Shown here in pieces: positions 9,905-16,895 of a stretch of DNA of 49,540 bases. Location of the stretch: contig JADHUT010000004.1 of the NCBI GenBank assembly GCA_016784385.1, forward strand, positions 1-49,540, read 5' to 3'. Positions within the stretch are counted from its first letter, which is position 1. The number at the start of each line of letters is the position of its first letter. Origin of the DNA: Candidatus Microgenomates bacterium. GTDB lineage: Bacteria > Patescibacteriota > Microgenomatia > UBA8517. Under the pieces are notes generated by a model. It did not search any database and was not told the DNA's origin. It was given only the letters and a program-made list of their open reading frames with translations. A program made the translations under genes and the position numbers.

Positions 9905-10072
9905 TTTGCTTCCTTTTTTTACAAAAAGGTTTTAAAACTAATTCTCACGACATTAATATGCCGGCAGGTTTCCGCAGATACTCCCTGATTAATTTCAGGG
10001 GCCCGATTGTTTGACATATAGCCAAACCCTGCTTCCTCGTATCCCCATTTTCGTGGGGCCACACGCTCTAAA
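9905..10072 (-). ncRNA. glmS ribozyme: Candidate glmS ribozyme in the glmS 5' leader
   Basis: The minus-strand RNA reads AGA/GCGUGUGGCCCCACGAAAAUGGGGAUACGAGGAAGCAGGG...CUGCGGAAACCUGCCGGCAUAUUAAUGUCGUGAGAA. It shares blocks with the B. subtilis ribozyme as recalled: A/GCG cleavage context, ACGAGGA core, and CGGA..CCUxCCGGC followed by a hairpin. The P1-like hairpin is CCCCA/UGGGG, with pseudoknot potential between GGCCC and GGGCC. It lies directly upstream of glmS. Confidence 0.6.
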
Positions 10073-10155
10073 AAACTTAAACTTTCTTCATTTCAAACTG
10101 CTCTATTGTCAATTCTATTTGTTCTTCTGTCTCTTTGTCAACAAATAATAGTAAT

Positions 10156-10947
10156 TTACAAATTTAATAGGCTAGCTGCTTCTTGATCTATCAAAAATGT
10201 TACGTTTGAGTGAAACCTTAAAAAAGAGGCTGGTGCATCTGGTCCAATTTCTCCTTCTAGAGTTCTTTTTATTCCTTCTGCTTTTTCAACACCCTTGGCG
10301 ATTAATATTATTTTCTTCCCTTCCAGAATATTTGCAATACCTTGAGTAATTGCTTTAGTCGGAACTTGATTTATATTTCCTTCGCAAAATCTTGCATTTG
10401 CTTGGATTGTTTCATTGTCGAGGTCAACTACTCTGGTTCTTGAATCAAGTTTTGAACCCCTTTCATTAAATGCAATATGACATGTTAATTCAGGTCCTAT
10501 TCCTAAGATAACCAAATCTGAAGGTCCAACTTCATTTAAAACTCGCTCATATCTAGCAGCTGCTTCGTGTGGATCAATTGCCGTACTGTCTGGTATGTGT
10601 CTTTGATTTGAAGGTATATTTACAAAGTTGAACCAATGTTCGTCCATAAAACGTTGATAACACAGTGAATGTCCGCTTGGAAGTGGCCAATATTGGTCTA
10701 AGTTCGTTGTGGTAATACCACTCATGTCCAATCCACTTCTATATTCTTTAATAGCAACCTGATAAGCACCAACTGGCGAAGATCCTGTAGCTGGAGTTAT
10801 AATTGAGTTAGGATTAGATTCAATCTGTGTTACCAATATTGATCCTGCTGCCAAATCCACTAACTCAGGTGTTGGTAAAATCAATACTTCAGGTTGATAT
10901 AGAGCTAAAATGTCTGGTTCATGTTGTGTTAATGTTTCTAAGGCCAT
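10156..10947 (-). CDS. nagB: Glucosamine-6-phosphate deaminase/isomerase family protein (NagB-like)
   Basis: ATGSSPVGAYQ sugar-phosphate loop and ILGIGPELTCHIAFNERGS, which resembles GxGxxGHxxFNEP. 263 aa. Confidence 0.7.
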   Translation of the reverse strand: MALETLTQHEPDILALYQPEVLILPTPELVDLAAGSILVTQIESNPNSIITPATGSSPVGAYQVAIKEYRSGLDMSGITTTNLDQYWPLPSGHSLCYQRFMDEHWFNFVNIPSNQRHIPDSTAIDPHEAAARYERVLNEVGPSDLVILGIGPELTCHIAFNERGSKLDSRTRVVDLDNETIQANARFCEGNINQVPTKAITQGIANILEGKKIILIAKGVEKAEGIKRTLEGEIGPDAPASFLRFHSNVTFLIDQEAASLLNL

Positions 10948-10970
10948 ATGTTTGACAATATTGTTTTTGT

Positions 10971-11201
10971 TTATTGATCTCTTTCTGAAGCAGTTCCTGC
11001 TATATCTTTTCTTCTACTAATAGGTGCGATTCTGTTTCGATTAGCAACTAGTAAATAATCTTTGGTATTTTGTCTTTGAAATGAGTTTTTGATAGAAGAC
11101 AGCTCTATACCTAGTCGGTTTTTTCTTTTTGCCTTCTTATAATAACGAGTGTTCTGCTCTTGGAGTTCTTTGATTTCAGCCTGTGTCAATTCAACTGGCA
11201 T
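10971..11201 (-). CDS. Hypothetical small basic protein (76 aa)
   Basis: ORF only. Divergent from murC across the repeat-containing intergenic region. Confidence 0.35.
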   Translation of the reverse strand: MPVELTQAEIKELQEQNTRYYKKAKRKNRLGIELSSIKNSFQRQNTKDYLLVANRNRIAPISRRKDIAGTASERDQ

Positions 11202-11272
11202 ATTTACATCCGATAATATGATTATTTTGAATGTTTGTCAATAGATATCGTTTTAAATACAAAAGTTGTGAT

Positions 11273-11411
11273 GGTAAGCAAAGCTTGGCCAGTCAAGGCC
11301 CTGGTAAGCAAAGCTTGGCCAATTAAAGTCTTGGTAAGCAAAGCTTGGCCAATTAAAGTCTTGGTAAGCAAAGCTTGGCCAGTCAAGGCCCTGGTAAGCA
11401 AAGCTTGGCCA
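11273..11411. repeat. 30-bp tandem direct repeat array, 4.6 copies, order A-B-B-A-A'
   Basis: Unit A is GGTAAGCAAAGCTTGGCCAGTCAAGGCCCT (11273-11302 and 11363-11392). Unit B is GGTAAGCAAAGCTTGGCCAATTAAAGTCTT (11303-11332 and 11333-11362). A partial unit covers 11393-11411. Units are contiguous with no spacers. Confidence 0.95.
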
Positions 11412-11482
11412 TTTTTTCGCCGAAATGGTAAAATATAATAGTAAGCGTGAAAAAAACAAAAAGAGTTTATTTTGCCTCGAAG

Positions 11483-12721
11483 ATGAAAGTTCATTTTATG
11501 GGTATAGGAGGCAGTGGTATGAGTGGTGTTGCCATGCTAGCCTCAAAGATGGGTTACAGTGTAACTGGATGTGATCTAGAAGGCTCAACTGCTTACCAAA
11601 AGAAAGTTTCAAAGGGTCACAGTAAAGATCATTTGAAAGATATTGATCTATTAGTGGTATCTCCTGCCGTAATTTATCAAAATAAAAAGCATCTTGAATA
11701 CTCAACTGCTAAAACCAGAAAAATGGTAATGACCTGGCAAGAGTTTTTAGGCAAATACTTAATGAAAGATAAAAAGGTTATTGCGGTTACTGGAACCCAT
11801 GGAAAGTCCACAACAACTGCGATGGTGGGTAAGATGCTTGTAGACGTTGAATTTGACCCCTCTGTAGTGGTTGGTGCAAGGGTTGAAGAGTGGAGTGGAA
11901 ATGCAAGGTATGGGAAAAGTGATTGGTTTGTTGTTGAAGCAGATGAATTTTTTGATAATTTTTTGCATTACAGTCCAGATGTCATCATTTTGAACAACAT
12001 CGAGTTTGACCATCCAGATTATTTCAAAGATGAGGATCAAGTTTTGGAAAGTTACAAAAAATTTATTTCTAACTTAAAAAAAGGTGGAAAGATCATTGCA
12101 AATAAGACTCCGCTAAACATTAAACCAATAAAAACAAACAGAACCTTTAATTTAAAAGTAATGGGTGAGCACAATCAACAAAATGCTCGTATGGTTTTCG
12201 CGTTAGGAAAATATCTAAATATTCCTGAAAAAAAGATTGTGAATTCCATAGAGAACTTTGAAGGGATCGGCAGAAGGATGCAACTATTGGGTAGAAGTAA
12301 AACCGGTTTTATCATTTATGATGATTATGCCCATCACCCAACTGCCATTAAGACAACTTTGGAGGGTTTGAGGGCTGAGTATAAACAAAGCTTGGCCAGT
12401 TACACTGGTAAAAAAATCTGGGCAATTATAGAAGCTCATGGTTATTCAAGAACTTCCAAGCTGTTGGAACAGTATAAAGGGGTGTTTGATGGTGTGGACG
12501 GAGTAATTGTGGGACCCATTTTCAAAGCAAGAGACAAGAGTACATTTGGAATGACACCAAAGAGTATTGTTTCGGTTTCAGCTCATAACAATATATTTGC
12601 TGTTGATGATTTCAAAAAAATTGCTGATTTGGTACGAAGTAAAGTGGGGTCAGATGATATTGTAATAGTAATGGGGGCCGGCAAAAGTTATACATGGGCC
12701 AAGGAACTTTTAAAAATATGA
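11483..12721 (+). CDS. murC: UDP-N-acetylmuramate--L-alanine ligase
   Basis: MKVHFMGIGGSGMSGVA N-terminus, P-loop GTHGKSTTTAM, and IIEAHGYSRT. An alternative GTG start at 11447 lies 7 nt after a TATAAT box. Confidence 0.9.
   Translation: MKVHFMGIGGSGMSGVAMLASKMGYSVTGCDLEGSTAYQKKVSKGHSKDHLKDIDLLVVSPAVIYQNKKHLEYSTAKTRKMVMTWQEFLGKYLMKDKKVIAVTGTHGKSTTTAMVGKMLVDVEFDPSVVVGARVEEWSGNARYGKSDWFVVEADEFFDNFLHYSPDVIILNNIEFDHPDYFKDEDQVLESYKKFISNLKKGGKIIANKTPLNIKPIKTNRTFNLKVMGEHNQQNARMVFALGKYLNIPEKKIVNSIENFEGIGRRMQLLGRSKTGFIIYDDYAHHPTAIKTTLEGLRAEYKQSLASYTGKKIWAIIEAHGYSRTSKLLEQYKGVFDGVDGVIVGPIFKARDKSTFGMTPKSIVSVSAHNNIFAVDDFKKIADLVRSKVGSDDIVIVMGAGKSYTWAKELLKI
12390..12417 (+). repeat. Dispersed 28-nt repeat copy inside murC
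   Basis: GCTTGGCCAGTTACACTGGTAAAAAAAT matches 14579-14606 at 27 of 28 positions. The preceding CAAAGCTTGGCCAGT (15 nt) is identical to the unit-A core of the tandem array. Confidence 0.9.
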
Positions 12722-13713
12722 AAAAATATAAATTTAGAGATTTGACAACGTTTAGGATTGGTGGAGAAATTAAATATTTTTTTGATGTTAAAAATGAAAG
12801 AGAGTTGGTAAAGAAAGTTGTTTTTGCCAAGAGCAAAAACTTGCCAATTTTTGTAATTGGAGGGGGAAGTGATATTTTAGTTTCTGACGAAAAATATAAT
12901 GGGGTGGTAATTAGATACATAGGTAAGAATATAGAATATCAAGATAACTTAGTCACTGCAGAGGCTGGTGCTTCGTGGGATGATTTGGTGGCGAGTGTGG
13001 TGAAGAAGAATTTGGGGGGAATTGAGAGTCTCTCTGGGATACCTGGATCTGTTGGAGCCGCTCCTATTCAAAACATTGGTGCATATGGTCAAGAACTCTC
13101 AGATGTCTTTGTGAGTTTGGATGCTTATGATATTGAAAATCAAAAATTTGTAAAGTTGAACAAAAGTGATTGTAAATTTGGTTACAGAGACAGTCTTTTC
13201 AAAAAAAGAGATTATTGGCAAAAATATATAATCACAAAAGTTACACTAAAGCTGCAAAAGAACAAAAAACCAATCGTTAAATATAAATCTATTATTGACA
13301 GCTTGCCAAAAAATTATTCATTAAAACAAGTTAGAGAGTTAATAATTAAAACCAGAAATGAAAAGTTAGATGATTGGAAAAGTATCCCAAATGCAGGATC
13401 TTTTTTCAAAAATCCCACATTATCTAAAAAAGAAATTACCAAGTTGAGAGAAAAATACCCAGATATTAAATGCTTTGATAATAAAGATGGTACTTCTAAG
13501 TGTTTTGCTGGTTGGTTTATACAGAATGCTGGTTGGTTGGGAAAATCTTATAAAAATGCAAAAGTATCAGACAAACATGCACTTGTTTTAACAAACCCGA
13601 AAGGTAGAGCTACTTCCAAAGAAATTGTTGAGTTGGCAGAAAAAATACAAGAAAGTGTTTTTATAAAGTTTGGAGTAAAGTTAGAACCAGAAGTACAATA
13701 TATAAATTTTTAA
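12718..13713 (+). CDS. murB: UDP-N-acetylenolpyruvoylglucosamine reductase
   Basis: LTTFRIGGE, FVIGGGSDILV (FAD-binding) and GAPIQNIGAYG motifs. ATGA overlap with the murC stop, so ATG at 12718 is preferred. Confidence 0.9.
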   Translation: MKKYKFRDLTTFRIGGEIKYFFDVKNERELVKKVVFAKSKNLPIFVIGGGSDILVSDEKYNGVVIRYIGKNIEYQDNLVTAEAGASWDDLVASVVKKNLGGIESLSGIPGSVGAAPIQNIGAYGQELSDVFVSLDAYDIENQKFVKLNKSDCKFGYRDSLFKKRDYWQKYIITKVTLKLQKNKKPIVKYKSIIDSLPKNYSLKQVRELIIKTRNEKLDDWKSIPNAGSFFKNPTLSKKEITKLREKYPDIKCFDNKDGTSKCFAGWFIQNAGWLGKSYKNAKVSDKHALVLTNPKGRATSKEIVELAEKIQESVFIKFGVKLEPEVQYINF

Positions 13714-13718
13714 AAATC

Positions 13719-14555
13719 ATGGATAAAAAAGGATTAATTCTCTTTCAAGAAAAACAAATAAGAAGAGTATGGCATCAAAAAGAGTGGTGGTTTTCTGTTG
13801 TAGACGTTGTCGAAGCATTGACTGAAAGTGTTGATTCTAAAGACTATTGGTTCAAAATGAAAATTCGTGTTAAGGGTTCAGATGGTGTTGAACTATCGAC
13901 AATTTGTCGACAGTTGAAATTGAAAGCACTTGATGGGAAGTTAAGAATGACAGACTGCTCAAATACTGGTGGCTTATTACGGATTATTCAATCAATTCCG
14001 TCTCCTAAAGCAGAACCTTTCAAGTTATGGTTGGCCCAGGTTGGAAAAGAGCGATTAGAGGAAATTGAAAATCCGGAACTTGCCCAAGAAAGAATGAAAA
14101 AAATTTATGAATTAAAAGGATATTCAAAAGGTTGGATAGAAAAAAGACTAAGGGGAATTGCAATTAGACAAGATTTGACTGATGAGTGGAGACAAAGAGG
14201 GGTAAAACAACAAAGTGATTATGCGATATTGACTGCTGAAATTTCTAAAGCTACTTTTGGAATGACTCCTGGTCAATATAAGAAATATAAAAAGATCCCT
14301 GGCAAAAGTAAAATAAATTTAAGAGACAATATGACAGATTTGGAATTAATTTTTACTATGCTAGGGGAGCGAGTAACTATAGAAATTTCAAAAAAAGAGA
14401 AACCAAGAAGCTTTACTTCAAATAAGTTGGTAGCAAATAGAGGAGGTTCGGTTGCTGGTTACGCAAGAGAAGAAACTGAGAAAGAAATTGGAAATAGTGT
14501 TATAACTAAAAAAAATTATTTACCAAAAAGAAAACCAATTAATAAATTGAAATAA
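13719..14555 (+). CDS. Bro-N domain protein (phage antirepressor-like), paralogue 1
   Basis: N-terminus FQEKQIRRVWHQKEWWFSVVDVVEALT fits the Bro-N pattern. It shares IQSIPSPKAEPFKLWLA and DLTDEW blocks and an identical length (278 aa) with ORF 44973-45809. Confidence 0.6.
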   Translation: MDKKGLILFQEKQIRRVWHQKEWWFSVVDVVEALTESVDSKDYWFKMKIRVKGSDGVELSTICRQLKLKALDGKLRMTDCSNTGGLLRIIQSIPSPKAEPFKLWLAQVGKERLEEIENPELAQERMKKIYELKGYSKGWIEKRLRGIAIRQDLTDEWRQRGVKQQSDYAILTAEISKATFGMTPGQYKKYKKIPGKSKINLRDNMTDLELIFTMLGERVTIEISKKEKPRSFTSNKLVANRGGSVAGYAREETEKEIGNSVITKKNYLPKRKPINKLK

Positions 14556-15832
14556 TGAATTACAAAAATAAGCACTGCTTGGCCAGTTACATTGGTAAAA
14601 AAATTGCAATTTTGGGTCATGGAATTGAAGGACAGGATGCTGAAAAGTTTTTGAAAAAACAAGGAGCTTTGATTACAGTTTTAGATCAAAAAGCCGACAA
14701 AAATTATTTAAAGAATCTGGAAAGGTTTGATATGATTGTCCGTTCACCTGGTGTATATAGGTACAAGAAAGAAATAGTAAAGGCTCAAAAAAGTGGGGTT
14801 AGAATCGCCTCACCTATACACATTTTTTTTGATGAATTTGGTGGAATCATAATTGGGGTTACGGGTACAAAGGGAAAAGGAACGACCTCAACCCTAATTT
14901 GCGATATTTTGAGAAAATCAGGAAGTGATGTATTTTTGGCTGGTAATATTGGCAAGCCTTTTTTAGAACTCCTTCCAAAGTTAAATAGTAAATCAATAGT
15001 GGTGTTAGAACTTTCTTCATTTCAGCTAATTGATTTGACCGTCAGCCCTGATATTGCAGTTGTATTAAATATAACGTCAGACCACTTGGATTGGCACAAA
15101 AACCAAAAGGAGTATGTTGAAGCTAAAACAAATATTGTAAAACATCAAAATTCTGATGACTGGGCAGTAATAAACAAAGAATACAAAGTGTCCAAAAGTT
15201 TTGCAAAATTAACTAAAGCAAACAAGATTTTCTTTTCTAAAAATACTCTTGAGAAAGAATATAAAAAAGGATTGAAGTTAAAAGGAGAGCACAACTTGGA
15301 AAATATTGCAGCTGCTGTGTCTGTTGCCAAAATATTAAACATTAAAAAAGAAATTATTCAAAAAGTTGTGAAAAATTTCAAAGGATTGGAACATAGATTG
15401 GAATTAGTCAAAACAGTAAATGGAATAACTTTTTATAACGATTCATTTGCAACTGGACCACAACCCACAATTGCTGCGATAAGGTCGTTTTCAGAACCAA
15501 TTACTCTAATACTTGGTGGGTCTGAAAAAGGACATGGTTTTAGTGAACTTGCCGGTGAAATAACAAAGAGCAGTGTTTCAAATGTTGTAGTTATTGGTGA
15601 AATCAGAGAGAAAATTATAAAAGCTTTAACAAAGGCAAAATTCCAAGGCGATGTGCACGATTTAGGTACACAAACGATGAAAAAAATAGTGATTAAAACT
15701 CTCAAAACAACTCCAAAAGGTGGAGTTGTCATTTTGTCTCCAGCAGCAGCATCTTTTGACATGTTTGATAATTACAAAGATAGAGGAAATCAATTTAAGA
15801 AAGAAGTACAAAAACTACATGGGAGCAAGTGA
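14555..15832 (+). CDS. murD: UDP-N-acetylmuramoylalanine--D-glutamate ligase
   Basis: GKKIAILGHGIEG N-terminal fold and P-loop GVTGTKGKGTTS; the C-terminal SPAAASFDMF block is typical of MurD. TAATG overlap with the Bro-N gene. Confidence 0.9.
   Translation: MNYKNKHCLASYIGKKIAILGHGIEGQDAEKFLKKQGALITVLDQKADKNYLKNLERFDMIVRSPGVYRYKKEIVKAQKSGVRIASPIHIFFDEFGGIIIGVTGTKGKGTTSTLICDILRKSGSDVFLAGNIGKPFLELLPKLNSKSIVVLELSSFQLIDLTVSPDIAVVLNITSDHLDWHKNQKEYVEAKTNIVKHQNSDDWAVINKEYKVSKSFAKLTKANKIFFSKNTLEKEYKKGLKLKGEHNLENIAAAVSVAKILNIKKEIIQKVVKNFKGLEHRLELVKTVNGITFYNDSFATGPQPTIAAIRSFSEPITLILGGSEKGHGFSELAGEITKSSVSNVVVIGEIREKIIKALTKAKFQGDVHDLGTQTMKKIVIKTLKTTPKGGVVILSPAAASFDMFDNYKDRGNQFKKEVQKLHGSK
14579..14606 (+). 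repeat. Dispersed 28-nt repeat copy at the murD 5' end
   Basis: GCTTGGCCAGTTACATTGGTAAAAAAAT matches 12390-12417 at 27 of 28 positions. It contains a CCAGT-TAC-AYTGG mini-palindrome. Confidence 0.9.
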
Positions 15833-16598
15833 TTTGCCGATTGGAGTTTTTGATTCAGGTATCGGTGGATTAACTGTTGTAAAACAGTTAAAAAAAATCC
15901 TTCCAAAAGAAAATATAGTTTACTTGGGGGATACGGCAAGAGTTCCGTATGGTACAAGGAGTAAAAAAGTAATTGAGGAATTTGCATTGGAAGACCTTAG
16001 GTTTTTATTAAAAAGGAAAGTAAAATGTGTTGTAGTTGCATGTAACACTGTATCGGCACTAGCTTTAAAAAAAGTTAAAGATAATTCAAGTATGGTTGTG
16101 TTTGGGATGATTAACCCTGCAAATGCAAAGGCACTGAAAACCTCAAAAAATAAAAAGATCGGATTAGTTGGGACTAGGGCTACTGTTGGAAGCAATGCAT
16201 ATAAAAACATTTATATGAAAAGACATGCATCGCTTTTAGTACCACTGGTAGAGGAGGGGATAACAAAAGGGCCTGAACTTGATATTTTCATAAAAAAGTA
16301 TTTTAAAGATTTCAAAGGAAAAGTAGATACATTGATTCTAGGTTGTACACACTACCCAATCATCAAAAAAAGTATAGAAAAATATCTTGGACAGAATATA
16401 ACTTTAGTAGATCCAGCAGAAGAAATTGCAAAAGAAGTAAAAAAGTATCTAAAAGACAACAATCTATTAAATATACAGAAAATGAAAGGAAAAACTGAAT
16501 ACCACCTGACCGATTTAAATCCAAGATTTTTAAAAACTGCTAACAATTTTTTAGGCAATACCAACACAGCGATCAGTTTTAAACAGGTAGCTATCTGA
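15819..16598 (+). CDS. murI: Glutamate racemase
   Basis: IGVFDSGIGGLTV, VVACNT and LGCTHYP motifs with both catalytic Cys. Internal ATG at 15819 preferred. Confidence 0.9.
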   Translation: MGASDLPIGVFDSGIGGLTVVKQLKKILPKENIVYLGDTARVPYGTRSKKVIEEFALEDLRFLLKRKVKCVVVACNTVSALALKKVKDNSSMVVFGMINPANAKALKTSKNKKIGLVGTRATVGSNAYKNIYMKRHASLLVPLVEEGITKGPELDIFIKKYFKDFKGKVDTLILGCTHYPIIKKSIEKYLGQNITLVDPAEEIAKEVKKYLKDNNLLNIQKMKGKTEYHLTDLNPRFLKTANNFLGNTNTAISFKQVAI

Positions 16599-16605
16599 TT
16601 TAAGA

Positions 16606-16818
16606 TTAACTGTCTATTACCTTAACTCCAACTTTTTCTGCAACCATTCTTAATGATGCAATTTGTGTTCTTTGGTTTTTTGGTATTTCACCTATTGCTT
16701 TATCAAACTTTTTGAATTGTAATTCATTTTCAAATTCCGCACCAAATCCACCACCTTGTGCACCGTTGGGTCTGATGTGAATAATTTTTTTATTTTCAGA
16801 TTGAGACAACTTAATCAC
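16606..16818 (-). CDS. Hypothetical small protein (70 aa)
   Basis: ORF only. It is the sole minus-strand ORF between murI and murF. Confidence 0.35.
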   Translation of the reverse strand: MIKLSQSENKKIIHIRPNGAQGGGFGAEFENELQFKKFDKAIGEIPKNQRTQIASLRMVAEKVGVKVIDS

Positions 16819-16895
16819 CTCGCTCTCTAAACCGATAGTACAACAACTTTAAAAAAAATTCAACATTTTATGACTTAGATGTTAAAATACTGTCA

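Noticed and set aside
11273-11411. The possibility that the repeats are a CRISPR array.
   Set aside because: Units are directly contiguous with no unique spacers. Only 4.6 copies are present, and there are no cas genes or leader. This is a tandem repeat, not a CRISPR.
11222-11494. Three track ORFs (11222-11494 minus, 11235-11438 plus, 11253-11459 minus) translate the 30-bp repeats into repetitive peptides.
   Set aside because: They exist only because the repeat period is a multiple of 3. In the frame that reads KQSLAS (the phrase shared with murC), the B units carry a stop (AATTAA). The minus-strand ORFs begin antisense within the possible GTG-11447 5' extension of murC. The region is best read as non-coding tandem DNA.
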